This document shows, piece after piece, positions 25,011 to 31,622 of a DNA stretch of 31,897 nt. This DNA is from a virus. The notes beneath the pieces are model-generated. The model searched no databases. It had not been told where the DNA came from and saw only the letters and a list, made by a program, of their open reading frames with translations. Position numbers and translations under genes: made by a program. The stretch covers positions 1 to 31,897 of IMG/VR virus record IMGVR_UViG_3300000973_000001, one strand, 5' to 3'. Position 1 is the first letter of the stretch, and every line of letters starts with the position of its first letter.

Positions 25011-25418
25011 TCAATACTTGTTTATTATTGCAGCACTATTCTCGTTAAGCATATAACAAGGCTTGAGTACTTTCTTCTTTGTCCATAAGGTTGTATCAGG
25101 ACACCACATATCTTGTGCCTTAGGCATTTTAATATCGTTCAGCCAAAACAGGTAGTTTCCTTGTGGATCGTTTACAAAGTAAAGTTTAACCTCTTGGTCC
25201 ATCTCCATTAACCTATCGTACTTATACTTCTCAAGCATCTTAGTCTCATAATATGTCTTACGAAACTTCATCTCCATTGCACACGTGTTACCTTTAGGTG
25301 TTAATCCTATTGCATCACAATGCGCACTATTTTCGCCTGTCCAATTCAATTCCCATCCATCAATCTGTAACAACGCTATTACTGCTTGTTCAAGCTGATG
25401 TACTGTTTTTATATCCAT
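25011..25418 (-). CDS. Possible PD-(D/E)XK-fold nuclease (135 aa)
   Basis: HCDAIGL...CAMEMKFRK gives a D...ExK arrangement. The assignment is tentative. Confidence 0.35.
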   Translation of the reverse strand: MDIKTVHQLEQAVIALLQIDGWELNWTGENSAHCDAIGLTPKGNTCAMEMKFRKTYYETKMLEKYKYDRLMEMDQEVKLYFVNDPQGNYLFWLNDIKMPKAQDMWCPDTTLWTKKKVLKPCYMLNENSAAIINKY

Positions 25419-25602
25419 TATCCCAAATGTCGTTTAGTTGTGCTATCCATTGTTTCCAAGTTTTTCCGCTACAACTACAAGGCTTAAAGAACTGATGACT
25501 AAAATACTTTGCGTGTAACCCCGCTATAATGTCTTGGTTTTCGGGTGTTAGTTTTTTCTGATCTCGTACATTCTTATATAAGTAGTACTCCTTTTGTGTC
25601 AT
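25390..25602 (-). CDS. Hypothetical early protein (about 70 aa from the ATG at 25602)
   Basis: The track start at 25623 is a TTG. The ATG at 25602..25600 forms an ATGA overlap with the stop of small ORF 25599..25772. Confidence 0.45.
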   Translation of the reverse strand: MTQKEYYLYKNVRDQKKLTPENQDIIAGLHAKYFSHQFFKPCSCSGKTWKQWIAQLNDIWDNGYKNSTSA

Positions 25603-25772
25603 TTGTTCCATCGCTCTTCCCAATCTATTTCAATTTCATTTAACTTTGCCTGTCGCTCTTTGCAACCGCAAGACTCATAACCTAGTAAATCTATTACTAT
25701 TAGGTTTACAAGCCACTTGATCCCTGTAACTCGAAAGAGCCACTCTAAACGATCTCCTAATCTTAGTCTCAT
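25599..25772 (-). CDS. Small ORF (57 aa), absent from the supplied ORF track
   Basis: Hand translation MRLRLGDRLEWLFRVTGIKWLVNLIVIDLLGYESCGCKERQAKLNEIEIDWEERWNK. ATGA overlaps at both ends. The GD.L....TGIKW...CGC..R pattern recurs in small marine-phage proteins. Confidence 0.55.
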   Translation of the reverse strand: MRLRLGDRLEWLFRVTGIKWLVNLIVIDLLGYESCGCKERQAKLNEIEIDWEERWNK

Positions 25773-26254
25773 AAATACTCCTTTAAATGATTATACACTT
25801 TCTTATATGTATTATACAACGTATAGTACGGTATTGTGGTTTTCCTTGACAAATCACTAATCTTTACACCATCGCTAACTATTTCAAATACCTTTTGATC
25901 AAACCAATACAGTTTTTCTAACTCGCTTACTATACGATCGTGTGTTTCTTCGTAATCAGGTGTGTCTTCAACCTGTATATGATACGCTTCTATTTCATAA
26001 TCTATGTTTACACTCTGTTTTTCCTTACGTGTCTTATCAATAAATATAGACTTGAGTGTCTTTAACACGTAATATGTGTTTACTTCTGTATCATTATACA
26101 TAACATTCTTACCCGATGATATAACCTTGTGCATTTTTAAATACATATCCTGTACGATATCCTCTGCCGTATCTTCATTACAGCCAAAAGCACGTACTAA
26201 ATACACCCACTCATCGTGTCTATCGTGTATGATCTCTAATACTCTTCGTACCAT
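25769..26254 (-). CDS. Sigma-70 family (ECF-like) RNA polymerase sigma factor (161 aa)
   Basis: Region-2-like AEDIVQDMYLKMHK...IFIDKTRKEK and a region-4-like HTH, ISDLSRKTTIPYYTLYNTYKKV. Confidence 0.6.
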   Translation of the reverse strand: MVRRVLEIIHDRHDEWVYLVRAFGCNEDTAEDIVQDMYLKMHKVISSGKNVMYNDTEVNTYYVLKTLKSIFIDKTRKEKQSVNIDYEIEAYHIQVEDTPDYEETHDRIVSELEKLYWFDQKVFEIVSDGVKISDLSRKTTIPYYTLYNTYKKVYNHLKEYL

Positions 26255-26418
26255 CTAGTAATAATTAAACCAAAGAAACCAAACATAAACTGATAACGCT
26301 CTTCGTAATCTATTGGGTAGTCATCTAAATCATAATCATCATCCATTAAACGATCATAATACAGGAATCCTACGCTGAATCCCTGTAACCATACTAACTG
26401 TAAATGTGTTTCCATCAA
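26236..26418 (-). CDS. Hypothetical small protein (60 aa)
   Basis: ORF bridging the helicase and sigma genes, overlapping both. Confidence 0.4.
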   Translation of the reverse strand: MMETHLQLVWLQGFSVGFLYYDRLMDDDYDLDDYPIDYEERYQFMFGFFGLIITRWYEEY

Positions 26419-27332
26419 AACGGTAACTCTTTTATACTAAACTCTTCTTTTTCTCCTATCGGGTTTATACCACCGATCTCGAACCCTACATTATTGATCA
26501 CGCTACGTAAACGTATTGGATCATCCATTGACGTGGGTCTTCCACCTGTATCTGTGTCTTTGACTTTTCTAACGTGGATATGCGACTGCATCCAATCTGT
26601 TGGGTGCTGTGTGTATCTGTGTATTACTAAAAAATCATCTGCTCTATTAACGAACTTCCCCCCTCCTTCTACATCTGCTGCCATTGGGGGGATTGGGTGT
26701 TCGCCATACTCGTGATTAATTCCGTGCTTAAATCTAAGTGCTGCCGTGTTTGCGTGTGTGTTCAACCATATTGTACATTTGTTTGACTTACAAAACAATC
26801 TAAACTCACTTGTTGCTGTATAATCATATTCGTGTCCATTTGAACTATTAGGGTGATCCTTGTCTTTTATAAGGCTGTTGTACGGGTCAATCATAAACCC
26901 TTGATAATTCCATTGTTTCTTTACTGTCCTTGCTAACGACAATAACTCTCTGTACGAATACAAACGGTCTGTGTCCACAAACTTAAAGTGCTTGTATATC
27001 CAATCGGACTTTTCGTCTAACTCTTGCTGTGGTATTCTATTGAGTGGCTTAATTGTCATAAACTCCAATAACTTGCGTATGATCGTGTACGGTTCATTCT
27101 CTGACGAAAACACTAACCATTTAACATCGTGCTTTAAACTATATAATAACATCATATACAATATTACTGTCGTCTTACCTACGTTTGCGTGTCCAAGGAT
27201 AACATTGAAATTTGTGAACTTGAACCTAAAATGTTCGTCTATCTCTGGTATCCCTAACCTTAATCCTTCCTTTAACTTACCCGAACGTATATCATTAATC
27301 TTCTTTAATTGGTCTTTAAACTCTACTATCAT
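26415..27332 (-). CDS. DnaB-like replicative helicase, RecA-type ATPase domain only, ending in KELPF
   Basis: Walker A ILGHANVGKTT and Walker B-like GFMIDPYNSL. 305 aa with no N-terminal primase-interaction domain. Confidence 0.7.
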   Translation of the reverse strand: MIVEFKDQLKKINDIRSGKLKEGLRLGIPEIDEHFRFKFTNFNVILGHANVGKTTVILYMMLLYSLKHDVKWLVFSSENEPYTIIRKLLEFMTIKPLNRIPQQELDEKSDWIYKHFKFVDTDRLYSYRELLSLARTVKKQWNYQGFMIDPYNSLIKDKDHPNSSNGHEYDYTATSEFRLFCKSNKCTIWLNTHANTAALRFKHGINHEYGEHPIPPMAADVEGGGKFVNRADDFLVIHRYTQHPTDWMQSHIHVRKVKDTDTGGRPTSMDDPIRLRSVINNVGFEIGGINPIGEKEEFSIKELPF

Positions 27333-27348
27333 TGTGTGTTAATTCAAT

Positions 27349-27371
27349 AAAAAAGGGGGCATAAAACCCCC
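27349..27371 (-). terminator. Rho-independent terminator after the SSB-like gene
   Basis: Gene-sense GGGGG-TTTTATG-CCCCC followed by TTTTTT. Confidence 0.7.
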
Positions 27372-27382
27372 TTGCTGTTAAT

Positions 27383-27685
27383 CTAAAATGGTAAATCTGC
27401 ATTACTATCACGGTCTGGACTGTGATCCTTTGCCGTAACTTTATCACCACTTTTCGGCTTGTACGTGTTTACTTCTCCATAAAAACGACTTGGGTCTTTC
27501 ATCGATCTCTTCAAATCGAACTGCATATAACCCTTGTCATTCACGTACTGTTTACTCTTGTCTAAAAAACTCTTAAAATCTTCCACGTGTATCGAGCATC
27601 TTGACACTATAAACTCTCTTTGTCTATCGGTTTCTGCCTGTTTACCGAAAAAACCATCTGTATATACTTTATCCATTGTTGACAT
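27383..27685 (-). CDS. SSB-like protein with an acidic C-terminal tip DSNADLPF (100 aa)
   Basis: The C-terminus mimics the bacterial SSB tip (DDDIPF). Followed by a strong terminator. Sits in the replication module. Confidence 0.45.
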   Translation of the reverse strand: MSTMDKVYTDGFFGKQAETDRQREFIVSRCSIHVEDFKSFLDKSKQYVNDKGYMQFDLKRSMKDPSRFYGEVNTYKPKSGDKVTAKDHSPDRDSNADLPF

Positions 27686-28070
27686 ATTGTTCTATTTGAC
27701 GTGCTAACTCTAACACCTCTTGAGTGTCTGCGTTGCGCTGTTGAAAAAATTGTGCTGCCGTTGCTGCACTACTTTGTCTGATAATATACTGTTGTGTCTT
27801 ATCATCACGTGTGTTCTTTAAACCAAACTTCTGCGGTGTGAACTGTGGTCTTTGCTCTTGGATCAACTTTGCGGTCTTGTGCTGTTCGTTTTTGACCTCA
27901 TACGTTGCATCCTCACCTACTTGCTTTCTAAACTCACCACGTGCTAAAAACGTGTACTGATCGCCATTGGCAAATCTTACCTCGTAACGATTAAATACTG
28001 ATCCATCTTTTGGATTCGCCCACGTTGGTGGGACACTTTGGAATACTTCCGATACTTTACTTGTCTTCAT
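27669..28070 (-). CDS. Hypothetical replication-module protein (133 aa)
   Basis: ORF overlapping the SSB-like gene by 17 nt. No firm motif. Confidence 0.45.
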   Translation of the reverse strand: MKTSKVSEVFQSVPPTWANPKDGSVFNRYEVRFANGDQYTFLARGEFRKQVGEDATYEVKNEQHKTAKLIQEQRPQFTPQKFGLKNTRDDKTQQYIIRQSSAATAAQFFQQRNADTQEVLELARQIEQYVNNG

Positions 28071-28191
28071 TTCTAAATAATTCTAATTGTGATTCATAAA
28101 CTTCTACCCGTGCTTCTAATTCTTGCACTTTGCTACGTAACGCTTCAATTTCTAGGTTACGCAATCTCAATACGTCTGCTGAGTGTGTCAT
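28057..28191 (-). CDS. Possible small coiled-coil ORF (44 aa), absent from the supplied ORF track
   Basis: Hand translation MTHSADVLRLRNLEIEALRSKVQELEARVEVYESQLELFRNEDK. It covers the gap 28071..28156 and overlaps both neighbours. Confidence 0.35.
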   Translation of the reverse strand: MTHSADVLRLRNLEIEALRSKVQELEARVEVYESQLELFRNEDK

Positions 28192-28393
28192 TGATCTTCT
28201 GATTGTGTGTTCTTCTCATCAACTCTCTACGAGCATCCGCACGTTCTGTATCTAACAACTCTGTGTCGTACATTGTACGTCTTAATTGGGCATCTGATCT
28301 GTTTGACCAATACCATTCTTCGTAATCGCTCTTCCAAAAACGATCGTGTTTACTTGTCCAAAACTTCATATCTGTGTGTTTTAAATTATACAT
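28157..28393 (-). CDS. Hypothetical early protein (78 aa), possibly translated from a leaderless mRNA
   Basis: The ATG at 28393 lies 4 nt after the consensus -7 box TATATTTG. Confidence 0.45.
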   Translation of the reverse strand: MYNLKHTDMKFWTSKHDRFWKSDYEEWYWSNRSDAQLRRTMYDTELLDTERADARRELMRRTHNQKINDTLSRRIEIA

Positions 28394-28397
28394 ATAT

Positions 28398-28429
28398 CAA
28401 ATATAATAAAAAATATTGAATAAAACAAA
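28398..28429 (-). promoter_or_regulatory. Bacteroidota-type promoter P3: TTTG-N20-TATATTTG, 4 nt upstream of the ATG at 28393
   Basis: In gene sense it reads TTTGTTTTATTCAATATTTTTTATTATATTTG-ATAT-ATG. Confidence 0.55.
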
Positions 28430-28457
28430 CAGGGCGCAGATCGAAACCTACACCCCG
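28418..28457 (-). terminator. Possible weak terminator after the ninG-like gene
   Basis: Gene-sense CGGGGUG-(14 nt)-CGCCCUG (includes wobble pairs) followed by UUUGUUUUAUU. Confidence 0.35.
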
Positions 28458-28511
28458 TTACATATTGGAAGAAATAATAACACACAATTAAAGTAATTGT
28501 AGTGCTAATAT

Positions 28512-28531
28512 ATGCAATTAAATGCAATTAA
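28512..28531. repeat. Exact tandem 10-mer ATGCAATTAA twice, directly after the ninG-like stop codon
   Basis: 28512..28521 is identical to 28522..28531. Confidence 0.8.
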
Positions 28532-28533
28532 CG

Positions 28534-28959
28534 TCATTTATAACTGTGCATTTTTATCTTCTCTGTATAATGATCGATCATCTCTTGTAATTCGTATGTC
28601 GAAAACTTAACGATCTCTTGAGATTTTTTGTGCATTAGATCACTTGTGGCTTTTCCTAAGTACAGAGAGTAACGGTATTGTTCACCTTGATTATACATAT
28701 TGCACTTAACGCATTGAGGTTTTACGTTATCCTCATCCCACCTTGTGCTATAATGTTTACGGCTCATAAAGTGTCCTGCTTGTATCCCACCGTTTTTCCA
28801 ATGTCCTTGCTTACCGCACGTAACACAGGTGCATATACCTCTCTTATCGGCATTAGACAGTCTAATATACTGACTAAAGACTACATCTAACTTCTTTACA
28901 AGTTTGGATCGTGTAGGTTTTTTTGCTGTTTTTGGCATTGTTTTTCTTGGTTGTTTCAA
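28534..28959 (-). CDS. ninG: NinG/Rap-like recombination endonuclease (the track start is a TTG; the first ATG is at 28938)
   Basis: FSQYIRLSNADKRGICTCVTCGK...IQAGHFMSRKHYSTRWDEDNVKPQCVKCN matches the lambda NinG pattern (FIR.RD...C.SCG...DAGH.R....RFDE.N...QCV.CN). Confidence 0.7.
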   Translation of the reverse strand: MKQPRKTMPKTAKKPTRSKLVKKLDVVFSQYIRLSNADKRGICTCVTCGKQGHWKNGGIQAGHFMSRKHYSTRWDEDNVKPQCVKCNMYNQGEQYRYSLYLGKATSDLMHKKSQEIVKFSTYELQEMIDHYTEKIKMHSYK

Positions 28960-28984
28960 AATAACTCATATATTATACAATGTA

Positions 28985-29078
28985 CATTAATAGTACATAT
29001 ACTATAATAGTACATATACTATATATATACTATATACTATACTAATATAGTACAATAATAGTACATAGTCTATTAATG
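28985..29078. repeat. AT-rich element bounded by 9-bp inverted repeats (CATTAATAG / CTATTAATG) and packed with GTAC-centred iterons
   Basis: CATTAATAG at 28985..28993 and its exact reverse complement at 29070..29078. ATAGTACA-type motifs recur at 28992, 29009, 29047 and 29058. Confidence 0.8.
28988..29023. repeat. Tandem direct repeat, period 17 bp: TAATAGTACATATACTATA twice
   Basis: Exact 19-mers at 28988..29006 and 29005..29023. Each contains the inverted arms ATAGTA/TACTAT around CATA. Confidence 0.85.
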
Positions 29079-29082
29079 AATG

Positions 29083-29553
29083 TTACTTATGATACTTATT
29101 ACCGAAAACCTTCTCCGTGCCTCTACTCCCAAAGTACCCAATAAAAACGATTTGGAGTAGTTCTTTGACGACTTCTAACTCTTGGAGACCATAACCCCAC
29201 CCCACTACAAAAGCTACTGTTAGAAACGTTAATGTTAATGGTCTTACATTTTGTGCTAACCACGATTGAGAACGTGAATCAGCTACCCATCGCTTTGTAA
29301 TGCCATCGAACTCATTAATTTCTTGCTCAAGTTTTTTAAAGGCAATCTCTTTATCTGTATCAGTAAGTTCGCTACCACCGATAATAGCACGTACAACATT
29401 ACCAATGGGAGTGTCATCAGCGATACTGCCAACAACTGACGGTATTTTTTCCAATAGGAATTTTCCAACATCTGTGTCTTTAAATTTTTTCTTAGTAGCC
29501 AAAACAAGATTCCTGTTTATTAGGATCGTTATCGACGTGTATAAAGTTTCCAC
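29083..29553 (-). CDS. Holin-like membrane protein with a soluble N-terminal half and C-terminal TM segments (GTA-holin-3TM-like); the start is uncertain (GTG at 29553 or TTG at 29502)
   Basis: No ATG anywhere in the ORF. C-terminal SWLAQNVRPLTLTFLTVAFVVGWGYGL and LLQIVFIGYFGS are hydrophobic. Immediately downstream of the endolysin gene. Confidence 0.45.
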   Translation of the reverse strand: METLYTSITILINRNLVLATKKKFKDTDVGKFLLEKIPSVVGSIADDTPIGNVVRAIIGGSELTDTDKEIAFKKLEQEINEFDGITKRWVADSRSQSWLAQNVRPLTLTFLTVAFVVGWGYGLQELEVVKELLQIVFIGYFGSRGTEKVFGNKYHK

Positions 29554-29860
29554 TAAAGGAAATACCTACTCTCACAAACCCTACAGCATACAACGCTCTT
29601 AGTATCTTTGATCTGTGTAATCCGTTAGGTGTAGCAATGTCGGCAGCGTGTCCTATAATGTGTGAAGAATTAGGTACACTATTTTTTAGACTATCGTTAT
29701 GCTCTTTTGTCCTGTATCCGCTTGTAATATGAAATGGTACTCCTGCCAATCCACGTGCTTCGTCTAACATACGTAAAAATGTATGATCCATATTCACTCC
29801 TGATCCTTGTAAAGACGGACAGTCAAACTCTGACAATTCAAAATGCAATAAATCTACCAT
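29492..29860 (-). CDS. Endolysin, peptidase M15 (VanY/L-Ala-D-Glu peptidase-like) family
   Basis: FHITSGYRTKEHNDSLKNSVPNSSHIIGHAADI ... FIHVD, the zinc-ligand pattern H..G.A.D / H.D. Confidence 0.75.
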   Translation of the reverse strand: MVDLLHFELSEFDCPSLQGSGVNMDHTFLRMLDEARGLAGVPFHITSGYRTKEHNDSLKNSVPNSSHIIGHAADIATPNGLHRSKILRALYAVGFVRVGISFSGNFIHVDNDPNKQESCFGY

Positions 29861-30174
29861 TACCTACGTCTATAATTACCTCGTACTTCTCTTTCAAAGT
29901 CCTTTAGGTTGTCCATATTCTCCTTAGCTTGTATTGACACCTTATCGATCTTTAAATCTACTTCACGTACAACTGCGTCAAGATCACTTTTAGATACTTC
30001 ACTCTTAGGCATCTCCATAGCCTTTTGCACTTCCTTTTCTAGTATATCGATCTTACCTTTTGTAGTATAGTAGCTGCCCACAATACTAGCAAACATAACA
30101 AATATAGTAATGATATTTGCAACCGATAAAGTAATGTCGGGTTTTCCATCCCCATCTATGTCAATCTTTGCCAT
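29860..30174 (-). CDS. Type-II membrane protein with a coiled-coil ectodomain (104 aa); spanin- or holin-accessory-like
   Basis: N-terminal DIDGDGKPD, TM segment ITLSVANIITIFVMFASIVGSYY, then a helical charged region. Its stop abuts the endolysin start. Confidence 0.5.
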   Translation of the reverse strand: MAKIDIDGDGKPDITLSVANIITIFVMFASIVGSYYTTKGKIDILEKEVQKAMEMPKSEVSKSDLDAVVREVDLKIDKVSIQAKENMDNLKDFEREVRGNYRRR

Positions 30175-30313
30175 TTAATAACTGATATATTTTTATACCT
30201 GTGTAAACTATCGTAAGCAACAATACAATAGTCTGTAAGGTTGGGTTAATACTATTTACTGCACTAAAAATTATTGCTCCTATATTCAATCCGTATATTC
30301 TCAAATCCTGCAT
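30161..30313 (-). CDS. Small hydrophobic ORF (50 aa), holin-like, absent from the supplied ORF track
   Basis: Hand translation MQDLRIYGLNIGAIIFSAVNSINPTLQTIVLLLTIVYTGIKIYQLLNGKD. TAATG overlap with the upstream stop and a 14-nt overlap with the next gene. Two hydrophobic stretches. Confidence 0.5.
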   Translation of the reverse strand: MQDLRIYGLNIGAIIFSAVNSINPTLQTIVLLLTIVYTGIKIYQLLNGKD

Positions 30314-30690
30314 TATACTGTTGGTATGTCCTCACAATTAATCCATTGCTCATTATCCTCATCCCATTCACACATTTGATTGTTTGGAGGGTGTGCGACA
30401 GGTGCTTCCCATCTACAGGTAGTTTCGTTTAGTACCCAACTATCATAAGGCTTAGGTGGTATAAAAGCATCTCTTGTACTATCGTAAGTATATCCTTTAC
30501 GAGCAAAATTCTTTCTAAAGTTATTATTGTAAGAAGTCTGCTTCCAAGTAGCCGTACCGTGTAATGAGTTGAGAAACTGCTTACCTTTTAATTCACTTTC
30601 TGTATTGTCTGCTTTTAAGATAACATCATTAGCCACCTTATGAACTTTTATAACGATGTTGTTAGAATCTAGCTTTGCAAAATGTGCCAT
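30313..30690 (-). CDS. Conserved hypothetical phage protein (125 aa)
   Basis: The MAHFAKLDSNNIV...WKQTSYNNNFR...GYTYDSTRDAFIPPKPYDSWVL...W pattern recurs in many phages near fibre genes. Function unknown. Confidence 0.55.
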   Translation of the reverse strand: MAHFAKLDSNNIVIKVHKVANDVILKADNTESELKGKQFLNSLHGTATWKQTSYNNNFRKNFARKGYTYDSTRDAFIPPKPYDSWVLNETTCRWEAPVAHPPNNQMCEWDEDNEQWINCEDIPTV

Positions 30691-30693
30691 ATT

Positions 30694-31596
30694 TTATGCC
30701 GTATAAGAACCGTCTCCAGTCCATTTTATAATTGTATCTGTTCCGTGTGTTGTTACTGATGGACTTCCTGCAACAGTTCCTGTATAACTAGCGGTTGGGA
30801 CTCTTAAAATAACTACCCCATCTGCACCTGCCTTAGCCATATACGCTCCACTACTATAAACGTGTGAATGCTCTGAACCACCACATCCACCGCTTCCTGT
30901 GTTTGCCGTAGGTGCTGCAGGCATTGAGGGTGTTATTCGGTTAGGTGCGTCACCACCTTCTGCATAAGTTACAGGACTACCTGTAATTGATGAAGATAAT
31001 CCATTACCACCTGCTGCAAAACCTGAATAAGTAGCACAAGAACTAGGTGAGCCACCTGATGTCATTGCTCCACCACCTGCGCCACCACCACCGTAGCCAC
31101 CACTTGCTGCGGCGCATCCATCACCACCGCCACGACCTTGATTTGATTCCCCCCTACCTGGACTTCCACTAGCAAATGCAGATGCTCCTGCACCACTTCC
31201 TCCATCCATTAATCCATAAGAAGGAGGCGTTGTAGCAGAACTTAGACTCATTCCACCACCTCCACCTTCGGAGACTATGTTAGTAATATCTGAACCTACA
31301 ATTGAACTATCTTCTCCTTTCTCACCATCTTCTACATAGACTTGACTAGAAAAAGCAGGAACGTTTCCGCCATTCCCTACTGATATTGTATAGGTAGTGC
31401 CAGGAGTTAATGTTAATGGACTTTCAGCTGAACCTGCACCTCCAGATGCTGAACCATAAGAAGTCCTTAAACCTCCTGCTCCACCCCCAGAACCACGTCT
31501 CATACCCCCAGAACCACCTCCTGCAACGACTAAGAAGTCTGCTGTATATGATGATGCTACTGCTGCTGCTTGAAAGAATCTTCTACTAAAACCCAT
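30694..31596 (-). CDS. Glycine-rich-domain protein (300 aa), fibre/receptor-binding-associated
   Basis: ADFLVVAGGGSGG...GGGAGG and repeated GGxGG tracts. Located just downstream of the fibre-like gene. Confidence 0.6.
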   Translation of the reverse strand: MGFSRRFFQAAAVASSYTADFLVVAGGGSGGMRRGSGGGAGGLRTSYGSASGGAGSAESPLTLTPGTTYTISVGNGGNVPAFSSQVYVEDGEKGEDSSIVGSDITNIVSEGGGGGMSLSSATTPPSYGLMDGGSGAGASAFASGSPGRGESNQGRGGGDGCAAASGGYGGGGAGGGAMTSGGSPSSCATYSGFAAGGNGLSSSITGSPVTYAEGGDAPNRITPSMPAAPTANTGSGGCGGSEHSHVYSSGAYMAKAGADGVVILRVPTASYTGTVAGSPSVTTHGTDTIIKWTGDGSYTA

Positions 31597-31622
31597 AATT
31601 TATGATTTTAATTTGTACTAAT

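Noticed and set aside
28431-28460. tRNA-like T-arm fragment (..gatcgaaacc..) in the ninG-P3 gap.
   Set aside because: I could not fold an acceptor stem, anticodon arm or cloverleaf from it. It is better explained as the stem-loop of a weak terminator.
28988-29066. Short repeats considered as a possible CRISPR array.
   Set aside because: The repeats are 8-19 bp and directly abutting or overlapping, with no spacers of 25-40 bp and no cas genes. They fit iterons or operators better.
29283-29507. Alternative-frame minus-strand ORF (74 aa) inside the holin-like gene.
   Set aside because: It is fully nested in a frame that has clear TM and holin-like features. It has no motif and no coupling signals.
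30039-30155. Embedded +1-frame ORF (38 aa) within the 104-aa membrane-protein gene, considered as a possible Rz1-like o-spanin.
   Set aside because: It has no lipobox: the Cys is preceded by LL, not by G/A/S. It merely mirrors the TM-coding region.
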